Part shown: positions 28,131-37,961 of the stretch, piece by piece
Position numbering within the stretch: the first letter of the stretch is position 1
Layout of the letters: each line of letters opens with the position of its first letter
DNA from: a virus
DNA: 64,000 bases
Direction: 5' to 3' (one strand)
IMG/VR virus record: IMGVR_UViG_3300008216_000011
Span: 7,602-71,601 of that record
Translations under genes and position numbers: made by a program
The notes under the pieces: model-generated
The model's database searches: none
Told to the model about the DNA's origin: nothing
Seen by the model: only the letters and a program-made list of their open reading frames with translations

Positions 28131-28562
28131 ATGAGTTTGTTTCCAGTATTACGACACGATAATTTTTTTCCAACAAAGAGTCTTTTTGATTCTATTTTAG
28201 ATGATTGGGCCTTCGCGCCATTGATTACTAAGAGCCAAATTGGAGATCTCAATTTAACAACAAAGGTTCAGACCAAAGTTACTGAATTGGAGACAGAGTA
28301 TCGTATTGATGTTGTTGTTCCCGGTCTAAGTCGCGATGATCTTATCGTTGATATTGATGACAAGAACGTTGTCGTTTCACATGAAGTGGAGCAACAAACA
28401 GAGGGTGCCGTCTCTTACGGCTCTTTCAAGAAGCAGTGGAAACTTCCACAAAACACAAACATTGAGGAAATAGTAGCAAAGTATAGCCAGGGTATACTTT
28501 CTATTTGCGTACCTAAGCACGCTAAAGTCGTCGCTCCGTCAAGGCGCCTTGAGATTGGTTAG
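28131..28562 (+). CDS. Small heat-shock protein (Hsp20)
   Basis: VPGLSRDDL, YGSFKKQWKLP, AKYSQGILSI.VPK; AGGAGG SD. Confidence 0.88.
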   Translation: MSLFPVLRHDNFFPTKSLFDSILDDWAFAPLITKSQIGDLNLTTKVQTKVTELETEYRIDVVVPGLSRDDLIVDIDDKNVVVSHEVEQQTEGAVSYGSFKKQWKLPQNTNIEEIVAKYSQGILSICVPKHAKVVAPSRRLEIG

Positions 28563-28586
28563 TTAAAATCCTTTTTTCTCTGAAAT

Positions 28587-28608
28587 GGGCAACTTCGGTT
28601 GCCTTTTT
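28587..28608 (+). terminator. Rho-independent terminator
   Basis: GGGCAAC-TTCG-GTTGCCT followed by TTTT. Confidence 0.85.
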
Positions 28609-28655
28609 CATTTAAGAACAACTAATTATAATAACCACTTGTGTGAGTACAACTA

Positions 28656-31600
28656 ATGAAAACCCTGCTTGAAGACTGGCGCCGCTTTCAACAGGCCGCC
28701 CCAGAGAAAAAACAAAAAGTTTCTTTGCGAGAAAGCAAAGAGATATTAAATGAGATTTCTCGCCAAGCCGCAGATAAAATCTACGACTGGATGGCCGACG
28801 CCGGCGCCGAAGATTATTCTTTTAACGATCTTTTTGATGGCCGCATGCGTTTGGCCTTTCCGCTCCGCTCCCAGGATGAAGAAAATTTAAAAACAATTGT
28901 TTTCTCCCTTCGTCAAGATGGGTGGTCACTCCAGGGCTTTCCGTTTAGTGTATCCACGGTGAAACAAAAAAAGAAGCGCCTAGGTACCGGAGAAACTTAC
29001 GAGGTTGAGGAGCAAGTTGCTAAATTAAACATATACAGGTCCCTGGAGCGTATAATACCTAAGGGCCCCCGCGCCGGCGAAAAGACTGTTAAAAAAGAAG
29101 AGACAACAATGTCTCGCGCAATTAATAAATCAAAGGATATCCCACCAGACTTGAAAAAGTGGTGGCAGAACAAACAAACATTCTATACTAAAGAGGGCAA
29201 CCACAAAAAGATAGAAATATACTTCCGCGCCGATCTTACCCCGTCTGACTTCGCTAGCGATATGACTGTTATTATGTCCAGGCATCCTATCGATGTGTTA
29301 AGGATGAGCGATATCGGCTCCATCTCCTCTTGTCATGCGGAAGGAAATAGCCACTTCAAGTGTGCAGTAGCTGAAGCCAAAGGTCACGGCCCAATTGCCT
29401 ACTTGGTGCCAACTAAAGAACTCAAAAGCCTCCTAAGTGGCACAAAAGATGCCGGCGGTCAGGCATATCTAGGCGACTATCAGCGACCAGAACTAGAGAG
29501 TCTGGAGCCAGAAGCTAAGAAATACATTGAAGATTACATTAACGCAAACATCAACTACAAAGAAGATAGCGTTTTACATCAACTCTTCGTGAATAACAAT
29601 AAAGAACAAATAGAGCAAATGACAGCCCAGCTAGCCCCGAACATGCGCCGCACCGACGCCTGGAGAAGCGCCAGAGACAGAGGGGAAACTTGGGCTGATG
29701 ACATTACTGTTGCAGCCCTGGAAGACGCCTTGGCCACTAAGGTCAAGGGCGAAGAGTGGGAGCCAAACATTGTTGTACCTGACGACACAGACTTGAGCAA
29801 GTTGGCTGAGTTTGATGACAAAGAAATCTTCAGAGATCGGCAGCGATCTGTCTCCGGTATTTCTGCTAGTACCAGACTGAGACTGAGAAAGTTTATGAAT
29901 GACGATGGAGAGGACAACTTTTTCTTTGCTGTGCCGGAGCAAAGAATGTATGGTGTTAAGACTCCAGGCTTCGTTAATGCGATAATCAAGTGGGCTTTCG
30001 ACAATCAAGAACAATTGTTTGAAAAGGATGGTGAGAGATTGGTCCTCCCGGCATTTGAAGACTTGCATCGATTCGGAGCTTCTTACGAGGACAACAAAGA
30101 CGGCTCTATCTTAAATTCTTTCTTTAAGGTCGGCGCCGGCGCTGAGCCACAATACGACGCATATAGGAATACCCACAGCGAGTATGATGAAGAAGATGAG
30201 CACGCCAATCTGGCCGACCAGTACGAGAATCAGGTCGAGGAGATACTAAATTTTGCCGGCAACACCCTCTCACATGCTAGCGTATACGCAGAGGTGCATT
30301 ATGACGATCCCGATGCGCCGCCCTATGTTTACGGGTCAGCTAGTTTTTCTCTGGAGTTTGACGAGAACCTGTTTGGATCCGACGCCGGCGCCGAGTTTGA
30401 GATACCAGATCAATCCTGGCAAGCCAAGAGCCGCTTTTTTGACGAGTTCGAATCTCACGCGCGCGATAAGCACAACTTGTATCTTTATTGGGAAGACGGA
30501 GAAATTAACAGCTACGGGACAACAGTTTCTTTTGAATTTAGAATACCATGGGAAGATTATGAATCCACCCCTGAGGGTTTAAGTGGCTTTGTTGATCACA
30601 TAAGTTCTGAATTCGATAATGAGTATGAGTCAATCAAATCCGTTATGCGCTCTTTCTTGGTAGAAGAGGGTTATATGCTCCCGTTCCCCTTTGATATTTT
30701 TAAGAAAGAACTAGAACCTGAGGACAACGACGACGCTCCGGAATACACACACTGGGATTATGATGTTGAGCCCGGCGAGATTGAATTTAAACTGAAGTCT
30801 CCCGATCAGAGGTTTAGAACAAGCAAGTTCAAAGGCATCCAACTAGGAACTCTAGTGAACATCGGATCTACTTCTGGCCAGCAAAATCTGCAAGGGCTTC
30901 TGCCTGATATAAGAAGCTTACAATATTCTGAAAAGTTTAACTTAAGCCTGTTTAAGAAATTGAGAACCCTAGAGTCCGCTGCCCGAGAGCATGCCCAGCG
31001 ACAGTTGACACTCCCGGGCATTGAGCCAGAAATTGTTAAAGAACTTAATTTTCCGAACTTGATGAAGCTCAGAATTGATCAACGTGCCACCGACGCTGCT
31101 TCAAGGAAACTTAACATATTCCTCAACCCAGTTATAACAATTGAATCGGACATCGACGACGACGATCTGAAAGCCGTGAAGGGGTTTGTTGACTTTTTAG
31201 ATAAAGACGAGAACATGAAAGCCTTTATCCACGCCGCCCGTCAAGTTTACGATGAATTCTTTCAAACCTACCAAGCAAAACTGAACGTTCAGCTTGATGT
31301 TGAGGCCTCCATAGGCGCCCTTAAAGATGGGTTACACGAGGTGGCTATAGACGAAATAGTTGTATTCGGAAATCAATTCCTGCGCCCCGATACTACGCAG
31401 GAAGCCGATCTCCTTCGCGATCTTGCGCGACAGTATATCGGCATGATAGACGGGGTTAGTGCATATGCTACGGCATATACAAAAACGTTTGAGCGCATAA
31501 AGAAAGTACAAACCGAGTATCCGAAACTTAAATTACTAGATTTAAGCCTCAATGAGCTTCAAAGTATAGTAGTGCCATGGGAAGATTCCGGACGACCCTC

Positions 31601-31928
31601 TGACGAGATCCTTGCGCGATTGGGGAAACTCTCTTCGTGGGCAGACCCGCCTCCGAGCGAGTGGCGAGCCTTCGAAGGGCGCCCCGTAACAGAGTCCGAA
31701 AAGCTCTTTATGGAACTCAATGATGTTTTAACGTTTTTGAGAGTTCTGGAAAAACATCTTTCTGTCTATCTAGCCGCGGCCCTTCACGATCCGCGCGCGT
31801 ACTATAATATAAATCTGATGGATGATGTTCCGCAAAGTATCTCCGATCAACTTAAAAAGATTATCTCTGTTATATCTGAATCTAACATAAAAAAGAAATC
31901 AAGAATTGCTGTACGCATCAAAAGATAA
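28656..31928 (+). CDS. Large hypothetical protein (paralogue of 37958-40258)
   Basis: SRHPIDVLRMSD..ISSCH...CAVAEAKGHGPIAY; N-terminal MKTLLEDWRRF; CTAATTA upstream. Confidence 0.8.
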   Translation: MKTLLEDWRRFQQAAPEKKQKVSLRESKEILNEISRQAADKIYDWMADAGAEDYSFNDLFDGRMRLAFPLRSQDEENLKTIVFSLRQDGWSLQGFPFSVSTVKQKKKRLGTGETYEVEEQVAKLNIYRSLERIIPKGPRAGEKTVKKEETTMSRAINKSKDIPPDLKKWWQNKQTFYTKEGNHKKIEIYFRADLTPSDFASDMTVIMSRHPIDVLRMSDIGSISSCHAEGNSHFKCAVAEAKGHGPIAYLVPTKELKSLLSGTKDAGGQAYLGDYQRPELESLEPEAKKYIEDYINANINYKEDSVLHQLFVNNNKEQIEQMTAQLAPNMRRTDAWRSARDRGETWADDITVAALEDALATKVKGEEWEPNIVVPDDTDLSKLAEFDDKEIFRDRQRSVSGISASTRLRLRKFMNDDGEDNFFFAVPEQRMYGVKTPGFVNAIIKWAFDNQEQLFEKDGERLVLPAFEDLHRFGASYEDNKDGSILNSFFKVGAGAEPQYDAYRNTHSEYDEEDEHANLADQYENQVEEILNFAGNTLSHASVYAEVHYDDPDAPPYVYGSASFSLEFDENLFGSDAGAEFEIPDQSWQAKSRFFDEFESHARDKHNLYLYWEDGEINSYGTTVSFEFRIPWEDYESTPEGLSGFVDHISSEFDNEYESIKSVMRSFLVEEGYMLPFPFDIFKKELEPEDNDDAPEYTHWDYDVEPGEIEFKLKSPDQRFRTSKFKGIQLGTLVNIGSTSGQQNLQGLLPDIRSLQYSEKFNLSLFKKLRTLESAAREHAQRQLTLPGIEPEIVKELNFPNLMKLRIDQRATDAASRKLNIFLNPVITIESDIDDDDLKAVKGFVDFLDKDENMKAFIHAARQVYDEFFQTYQAKLNVQLDVEASIGALKDGLHEVAIDEIVVFGNQFLRPDTTQEADLLRDLARQYIGMIDGVSAYATAYTKTFERIKKVQTEYPKLKLLDLSLNELQSIVVPWEDSGRPSDEILARLGKLSSWADPPPSEWRAFEGRPVTESEKLFMELNDVLTFLRVLEKHLSVYLAAALHDPRAYYNINLMDDVPQSISDQLKKIISVISESNIKKKSRIAVRIKR

Positions 31929-32119
31929 CAGACCCTCCAAATAAATTAAAAAAATATTCAAAAAATGCCGATAAAGGGATTTTAGACCATAGTTACTATG
32001 GGTGCGAAAAAGGCACCCCGACCGCGAAAGGTCAGAAAGGTCATAAACATGACAGCAGGTAAGTACATTTTGTAGCTTTATTGACTCAACGCGTCGAAAA
32101 GAATCTGGAGGTTCTAATC

Positions 32120-33046
32120 GTGCATAAAAATCTTATAAGTTTTGCATCAACTTTGATGGGTGCATTTGTTTTACTTATGGGGTTATCGTGCACATCGCAA
32201 GCCCCAACAGACACGCAGGCCAATTCAGGCCAATACTTTGATCCCAGTTCCGTTGCCGAAGAGGCCGTTACTCAGGCCGATCAAATGTCAGAAATACTGG
32301 AGCGCGCAAGCTTAAGTCCCATAGAGAGGGCCGTAAGAAGCGCCGCAGTTAAGGTTGTCCGCCCGGGCGGTCAAGGTCATGGCTCTGGCTCATATTTAAA
32401 ATACAAAGGCCGTCATATCGTTGTGACGGCTGCTCACGTTGTGGAAGGCTTTAGGCACATGGTTGTCTCCGGCCGCAACGGAGAGAATGTTATAGGCAGA
32501 GTAATCTATGAAGACGAAAGAACCGATCTTGCCGTACTGTCGGTACCGAAGATCAACAGCCGAGTTCCCATGCCATATCGTGTACGCGGATCCCTAGCTA
32601 ATAAGAACTTAGTTGGCGCCGGCGTAACTTATACGGGCTTCCCGGGCCGCCATGACCTTCTAACGATCATGGGCCGAGTCGCCTCTTTGGAAAAGGGCTA
32701 TATTGTTGTTAACATGTACGGGTGGTTTGGCTCCTCTGGTTCGGGAGTTTACGATAACCAGGGCCGACTCTTGGGTATTGTGTCTGCCATTGACATAGGT
32801 AGCTGGTCTATTCCAATACCTCTAGATAGTTTAGTTTGGGTTGCCCCAATCTGGTCTTTGGATCAGGAAATATTAGACATAAGAATGCAGCTGCAGATCA
32901 AAGAAGAAGAAGCTCAGAAAGAGCACAAGCTTCCAGACAGCCCATTGACAAAAGACCCAGCCCCCGACCAGGGCGCTGGAGACCAAACGGAGGAAGATAA
33001 TGGCGATCTTCCACCACCGATAAGGGCTTTCCCTGGCGGAGAATAA
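32120..33046 (+). CDS. Trypsin-like serine protease, probable lipoprotein
   Basis: VTAAHV, DLAVL, GSSGSGV triad motifs; LLMGLSC lipobox-like; GGAGG SD before GTG. Confidence 0.85.
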   Translation: MHKNLISFASTLMGAFVLLMGLSCTSQAPTDTQANSGQYFDPSSVAEEAVTQADQMSEILERASLSPIERAVRSAAVKVVRPGGQGHGSGSYLKYKGRHIVVTAAHVVEGFRHMVVSGRNGENVIGRVIYEDERTDLAVLSVPKINSRVPMPYRVRGSLANKNLVGAGVTYTGFPGRHDLLTIMGRVASLEKGYIVVNMYGWFGSSGSGVYDNQGRLLGIVSAIDIGSWSIPIPLDSLVWVAPIWSLDQEILDIRMQLQIKEEEAQKEHKLPDSPLTKDPAPDQGAGDQTEEDNGDLPPPIRAFPGGE

Positions 33047-33047
33047 A

Positions 33048-34052
33048 ATGAAACGTATATTCTCCCTAGTATTAATATTATTAACCATAGGCTGCGAGGG
33101 AGATTATACAATCCATGGCGGCTACCAAGATCCGGTCTACATCGAGGTTGAAGTGCCAGTCGAAGTACCAATCGAAGTTCCCGGCGACGGCGGCGATGTC
33201 TGGATCGACAGCTTTGATCAACCCTACACGATGGACGGGATTGATATTGTCTGGCTGATTGACAAGTCAGGCTCCATGCACCAGCACTCTCAGTCGGTAG
33301 TCGACGGCATTGAACAAATGATGCTTTCCCTTCCGCCGTCCGGTTGGAGATTGGGAATCACAACTACAGCATGGCAGGACTCCGGTACTACAGCACAATT
33401 CCCGTTGGTCCCGGGAGATAGTGTTCAGGATGCTTGGGATGCTTATAACAACACAGGCACCTATGGTTTAGAAGCAGGCTTCGACGCCCTCTATGCCTAC
33501 TTGGTGGAGAATTCATATAATCAATCGTGGTTACGGCCAAACGCAGGACTCCTTGTTGTTTTTGTAAGCGATGAGGAGGAACAGAGCAGCCGCGATTTTA
33601 CTTTTTCACCCGGCGGCCTACAAGATTTTATAAACTGGTACGGTAGCCAGCGACCTTCTGTATTCTTGGCTAGCATTGTAAACCTACCAGCCGCAGACTC
33701 GCTTTGTAACACGGGACATCACTCCACATACATCAGCCAGCGTTACATCGATGCAACTAATGCATTCGGAGGCGTCGTTGTGGATATTTGTTCGACAGAT
33801 TGGGCCCCCGGAGTTCAGGCCGCGACATCTCAGGTTGAGCCCCATGAAGAATGGGAGTTAACTTTTACCCCCATCGAAGACACTTTGATAGTTTTTGTAA
33901 ACTCTTCAGAATCCAGCAATCTTGATTGGGTTTATAACCCTCTCACCAACAGCGTAGAGTTCCTTCTTGTCCCCCCTGAAGGTTCGCACGTGGAGATTGG
34001 TTACGTTATAGATTATTCACTAGGCGACGATGACGATTCTGCAGTTAATTAA
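33048..34052 (+). CDS. vWA-domain lipoprotein
   Basis: LLTIGC lipobox-like, MIDAS DKSGS, VVFVSDEEEQS; C-terminal GDDDDSA. Confidence 0.75.
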   Translation: MKRIFSLVLILLTIGCEGDYTIHGGYQDPVYIEVEVPVEVPIEVPGDGGDVWIDSFDQPYTMDGIDIVWLIDKSGSMHQHSQSVVDGIEQMMLSLPPSGWRLGITTTAWQDSGTTAQFPLVPGDSVQDAWDAYNNTGTYGLEAGFDALYAYLVENSYNQSWLRPNAGLLVVFVSDEEEQSSRDFTFSPGGLQDFINWYGSQRPSVFLASIVNLPAADSLCNTGHHSTYISQRYIDATNAFGGVVVDICSTDWAPGVQAATSQVEPHEEWELTFTPIEDTLIVFVNSSESSNLDWVYNPLTNSVEFLLVPPEGSHVEIGYVIDYSLGDDDDSAVN

Positions 34053-34087
34053 CTATTTAATACAGTTAAACTAAAGAAAGGTTACAG

Positions 34088-34273
34088 ATGAAGAAAAAGA
34101 ATATTTCTACAGTGGCCTGCAATACAGATGAGCATGAGAATATATTACCCATTTCTCTGGAAAAACAAAAGGCTTTGCTCGATTTAATAAATCGAAGAAA
34201 GTCTGGTATTATCTCTAGAGAAGAACTTAAGGACTTATTGTTCCCTGATCAGCAGTCGACACTGTTCCACTAA
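34088..34273 (+). CDS. Hypothetical small protein
   Basis: ORF after CTATTTA motif. Confidence 0.5.
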   Translation: MKKKNISTVACNTDEHENILPISLEKQKALLDLINRRKSGIISREELKDLLFPDQQSTLFH

Positions 34274-34293
34274 AACATTAGGAAGAAGAAAAA

Positions 34294-34530
34294 ATGAAAA
34301 AATTACTCCTGCGCGCCTTGGGCCTCGACAAGTTAGAGCAGAAAATTATTAGACTAGAATCTGAGGTAGAGAGATTGTGGGCCATTAATAGAGAGAACGA
34401 AGAATTATTAGATTACATTGATCAGGTTCGCAGCCTTGAGAGTCTAATGATGGGTGATCTTCCGGAAGGATCGTTTGATGAGCTAGCAGCTTTGATTGCC
34501 CAGACTTCGGAGCCGATTGGCAATGCCTGA
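34294..34530 (+). CDS. Hypothetical coiled-coil protein
   Basis: ORF coupled to downstream gene. Confidence 0.6.
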   Translation: MKKLLLRALGLDKLEQKIIRLESEVERLWAINRENEELLDYIDQVRSLESLMMGDLPEGSFDELAALIAQTSEPIGNA

Positions 34531-35258
34531 TGGAGAAAATATATCTTTTCGACGTTGATGGGACTTTAACCGAGCCTCGTCAAAAAATCGACGAGGCCTT
34601 CGCCGAGATTTTTCTTAAGTGGGCCTCCGACAAGATTGTTTATCTTGTTACCGGAAGCGATCTGGGAAAGATAAAACAACAGGTCTTTGACGAACTTTTG
34701 AATGCATGCACTGGTGTATTTTGTTGTCTGGGGAACACTTTCTACAAAAACGACAAGTTGGTTTTCAAGAAAGGTTTTCGGCCGAAGCTTGAACTGACGG
34801 AGGACTTGGAAGCATATGTAGAGGCCTCCTCATATCCTGTTAAGACCGGTAAACATATTGAAAAAAGAACAGGGATGATAAACTTTAGCGTCGTCGGCCG
34901 AAACGCGACGAAAGAGCAGAGAGAGGATTATTACGCCTGGGATCAGAAAAACCACGAAAGAGCAGACATTGTTGATTATATTACAAAAGCTTGGCCCAAG
35001 TTAGATGTGGCTGTAGGTGGGATGATAAGTGTAGATATTTTTGCCAAAGGGAGGGATAAGTCTCAAGTCTTAAAGCATCTGAAAAAGGAACACGGCTCAG
35101 ACTTGAGTATTGTTTTCACTGGTGATAGAATATACCCATCGGGTAATGATTATGGTTTGGCTATGGCTCTGGAGAAAATGCCAAACTGCCAACACCTTTC
35201 TGTTTTAGGATATGAAGAAACCCGGGCACTAATTGAGTATTCCGAACTATTTAGATAG
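34530..35258 (+). CDS. HAD-IIB phosphomannomutase-like protein
   Basis: LFDVDGTLT.PR, VTGSD, E.RTGMINFS.VGRN, GG.ISVD, GDR...GND. Confidence 0.85.
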   Translation: MEKIYLFDVDGTLTEPRQKIDEAFAEIFLKWASDKIVYLVTGSDLGKIKQQVFDELLNACTGVFCCLGNTFYKNDKLVFKKGFRPKLELTEDLEAYVEASSYPVKTGKHIEKRTGMINFSVVGRNATKEQREDYYAWDQKNHERADIVDYITKAWPKLDVAVGGMISVDIFAKGRDKSQVLKHLKKEHGSDLSIVFTGDRIYPSGNDYGLAMALEKMPNCQHLSVLGYEETRALIEYSELFR

Positions 35259-35277
35259 ATACTAGAGGGACTTACCG

Positions 35278-35670
35278 ATGAAACATCTTATGGAAAATTG
35301 GAAGAAATACGCCTTATCGGAAAGAGATGGGGAATACTTCCAAAAGATTTTTAAAATAATTGTTAGAGTACACATAAGGAAATCCTCCGCGTCGGATGAA
35401 GAGACTATCCGAGGATTTGCAGACAAAGGACAGACTCAGCAAGACATTCGCGCGATTGCAGACGTACTAACCGTTGCATCCCGCCCCGGCGGGCAGAGGG
35501 AAACAGACGAAAAATATATATCAGATATGGAGATAAGGTACAGAGTTTCCAAGAAAGCTATAGATCCTAGAGTGGCCGCCATCCACTTAAAGGAAAAGAT
35601 TAAGAACCTGCCCAGTGTTCTAGCAGTGGAGGGTGGCGAAACTCCGGTAGACGTTTCAAGGAAAGCATGA
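35278..35670 (+). CDS. Hypothetical protein with N-terminal MKHLMENWKKY motif
   Basis: CTATTTA upstream at 35247. Confidence 0.7.
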   Translation: MKHLMENWKKYALSERDGEYFQKIFKIIVRVHIRKSSASDEETIRGFADKGQTQQDIRAIADVLTVASRPGGQRETDEKYISDMEIRYRVSKKAIDPRVAAIHLKEKIKNLPSVLAVEGGETPVDVSRKA

Positions 35671-35885
35671 TGAAAATTTCAATTGATAATCTGAGGGAAA
35701 TTGTTCGCGAAGAGCTAGAGCTTCTAGAAATAGAGAAGATCCAGAAGGCTTGGCGCAGGAAGCATCCGAGAATGAAGGATCGCATACTTAACCGCGGCCC
35801 AAACAAAGAAGATGGCGGTGGCGAAGGTATTAAGACCCACGCTAGTACGAAGAGGGGCAATGCCCCGCCGGGAGCAGGAAGATGA
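35667..35885 (+). CDS. Hypothetical basic protein
   Basis: MKISIDNLREIVREELE; ATGA-coupled. Confidence 0.6.
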   Translation: MMKISIDNLREIVREELELLEIEKIQKAWRRKHPRMKDRILNRGPNKEDGGGEGIKTHASTKRGNAPPGAGR

Positions 35886-36646
35886 TAAGTATAAAGATCG
35901 TCGGAGACGATAGCGGTATTCTCTCTTCTTTTGAAACGAGAGCGGAACTGAATCAAGATGTTTGGGAGGGGAAAGCCCTTCGCCCTGAGGTATCCGAGAG
36001 GTTGGTTGAAATTGCTGAAGACTTTCTAGAAAGCCTAGGCATGGGTGTTTCCAATTGGACCTTGACTATTACTGGTTCTTTGGCAAATTATAATTGGTCT
36101 AAGTACTCCGACATTGACTTACACATCATTCTCCCCTTCGAAGATATTGACGAGAATGAAGAATTATTGAGAGAATTTTTTAATGCAAAGCAGGCCGTGT
36201 GGAATTCAAAGCACGACATTCTCGTAAAGGAACATCAAGTTGAGATATACGTGCAGAATGAATCGGAGCCTCACATTTCCACAGGCGTATATTCTATATC
36301 CGACAACAGCTGGTTGCTAGAGCCGGTAAGGGAATCATCTGACATAGACCGGCCCAGCGTAAGAATAAAGTCCGACACCCTGACCAAGCGAATAAGCCAG
36401 ATAGAAAAAATGTTCAATGAGGGCAAAGATGAAGAAGTTTATTCTGAGGCTATGATTCTCAAGGACAAGATAAAGAAGATGAGAAAATGTGGCTTAGACA
36501 AGGAGGGCATTTTCTCAGTCGAGAACATATCATTTAAGGTCTTAAGAAGAAACGGTTCGATGGGTAGGCTTATTGGCTTAATCAATAGTTCGTATGATAA
36601 TCTGATGAGCTTAGCGGAATCAGATGATCAAGATAAAGATAACTAA
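35882..36646 (+). CDS. Pol-beta-superfamily nucleotidyltransferase
   Basis: ITGSLANYNWSKYSDIDLHII (GS..DxD), VEIYVQ third acidic residue. Confidence 0.75.
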   Translation: MISIKIVGDDSGILSSFETRAELNQDVWEGKALRPEVSERLVEIAEDFLESLGMGVSNWTLTITGSLANYNWSKYSDIDLHIILPFEDIDENEELLREFFNAKQAVWNSKHDILVKEHQVEIYVQNESEPHISTGVYSISDNSWLLEPVRESSDIDRPSVRIKSDTLTKRISQIEKMFNEGKDEEVYSEAMILKDKIKKMRKCGLDKEGIFSVENISFKVLRRNGSMGRLIGLINSSYDNLMSLAESDDQDKDN

Positions 36647-37025
36647 CATGAAGATCAATGGCACAGCCGTCATAATTATTGACGCTGACGACCGCGTACT
36701 GCTGCTTCGCAGGGAGCCGACAAGCACATGGATGCCCGACAAGTGGGCCTTCCCGGGCGGGAAGATAGAGCCCGGCGAATCACCACCTGCCGCGGCCACT
36801 AGAGAGACAAAAGAAGAGACAGATCTAGATATAAGAACTTTGCAGGAATTGCAACCAAGCTATCAAGTACCAGTGTTTCTTTCCGAGGACTGGTCTGGTA
36901 AGGTGAAAATAAATGGAGAACATACTGATTTCTCCTGGGTTCACTTAAAGGATGTTGCGAAATATGATACAGTACCACATATAGAAGCCCTTATTAGGAG
37001 AGCCTTAGATGTCAGAAAAAAGTGA
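36624..37025 (+). CDS. NUDIX hydrolase
   Basis: Nudix box GGKIEPGESPPAAATRETKEETDL. Confidence 0.9.
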   Translation: MIKIKITNMKINGTAVIIIDADDRVLLLRREPTSTWMPDKWAFPGGKIEPGESPPAAATRETKEETDLDIRTLQELQPSYQVPVFLSEDWSGKVKINGEHTDFSWVHLKDVAKYDTVPHIEALIRRALDVRKK

Positions 37026-37383
37026 AATTGAAGAACTGAGTGAGGAGAGCCTTGCGAGCGAGTCTGCAGACTCTATCGAAGAGGTTGAAAAGCTCAAACC
37101 GAAGCCGCCACCGAGACTCGCCCCGGAGGGTATAAGAACATTTACTGTTTGTCGGCAGTTTGATGAGACTGGCGTCTCCGGCGAAGGAGTCGTAATTGAA
37201 GGTGTAACTCTGGCCACAGGGCAGTGTGTTGTACATTGGCTCTTTCCTCCCCCGCGCGGCGGCATTGCTATATTTGACTCAATGAACGACTTTACTACAG
37301 TTCATATCAAACCACACCCCAGCAATAGGACCATCATCACATACGACGACGGGGAGCAACTGGTCTTTGGCACCGATGAATAG
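37009..37383 (+). CDS. Conserved-looking hypothetical protein
   Basis: DETGVSGEGVVIEGV motif; AGGAG SD. Confidence 0.65.
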   Translation: MSEKSEIEELSEESLASESADSIEEVEKLKPKPPPRLAPEGIRTFTVCRQFDETGVSGEGVVIEGVTLATGQCVVHWLFPPPRGGIAIFDSMNDFTTVHIKPHPSNRTIITYDDGEQLVFGTDE

Positions 37384-37555
37384 GGCATCTACCGCGATAT
37401 TCTTGTTACTGGCTGTCTTATGGATAACCTTATCGTATGCTTCATATCACGTTAACGGAGAGCTAGATCTTAAGTCGGCGCAGCTTCTAATGACTGGAAT
37501 TCTCTGCCTAGGTATTGGAATCATTGTTGCGCTCCACAAGGACGAAGAAAGTTAA
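37376..37555 (+). CDS. Small two-TM membrane protein
   Basis: Two hydrophobic segments. Confidence 0.55.
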   Translation: MNRASTAIFLLLAVLWITLSYASYHVNGELDLKSAQLLMTGILCLGIGIIVALHKDEES

Positions 37556-37559
37556 AAGT

Positions 37560-37961
37560 ATGGAACTAATATCGACACATTTTGTAAAGACTCAGGATGT
37601 AGGCTACCACGGCAATTTATTTGGTGGCGTTATGCTAGCATGGTTGGACGAGGCAGCAGCAGGATTTGCAGCCCAGGTCTGTGACACTCCGCAAGTGGTC
37701 ACTAGGCACATCGCTGGATTAACTTTTGAGAAGCCAGTTCGTCCCGGCCAACTAATTAAGATATATGGAGAAGTTGAGAGGATTGGTAAAACTTCAATAA
37801 CTTTAAATATTGAAGCTCGCCGTCACAGTGTTTACAACGGAACACAGAAAACAGTGGTGGCAACAGAGATGATCTTTGTTCGCATCGACGGCGATGGAGA
37901 GTCAATACCAATAAGCGAGCGAGTTCGACAAAAATATAGATGTGATGGAGATTTTTCATGA
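37560..37961 (+). CDS. Acyl-CoA thioesterase (HotDog fold)
   Basis: HGNLFGGVMLAWLDEAA, FEKPV.PG, IGKTSI. Confidence 0.88.
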   Translation: MELISTHFVKTQDVGYHGNLFGGVMLAWLDEAAAGFAAQVCDTPQVVTRHIAGLTFEKPVRPGQLIKIYGEVERIGKTSITLNIEARRHSVYNGTQKTVVATEMIFVRIDGDGESIPISERVRQKYRCDGDFS

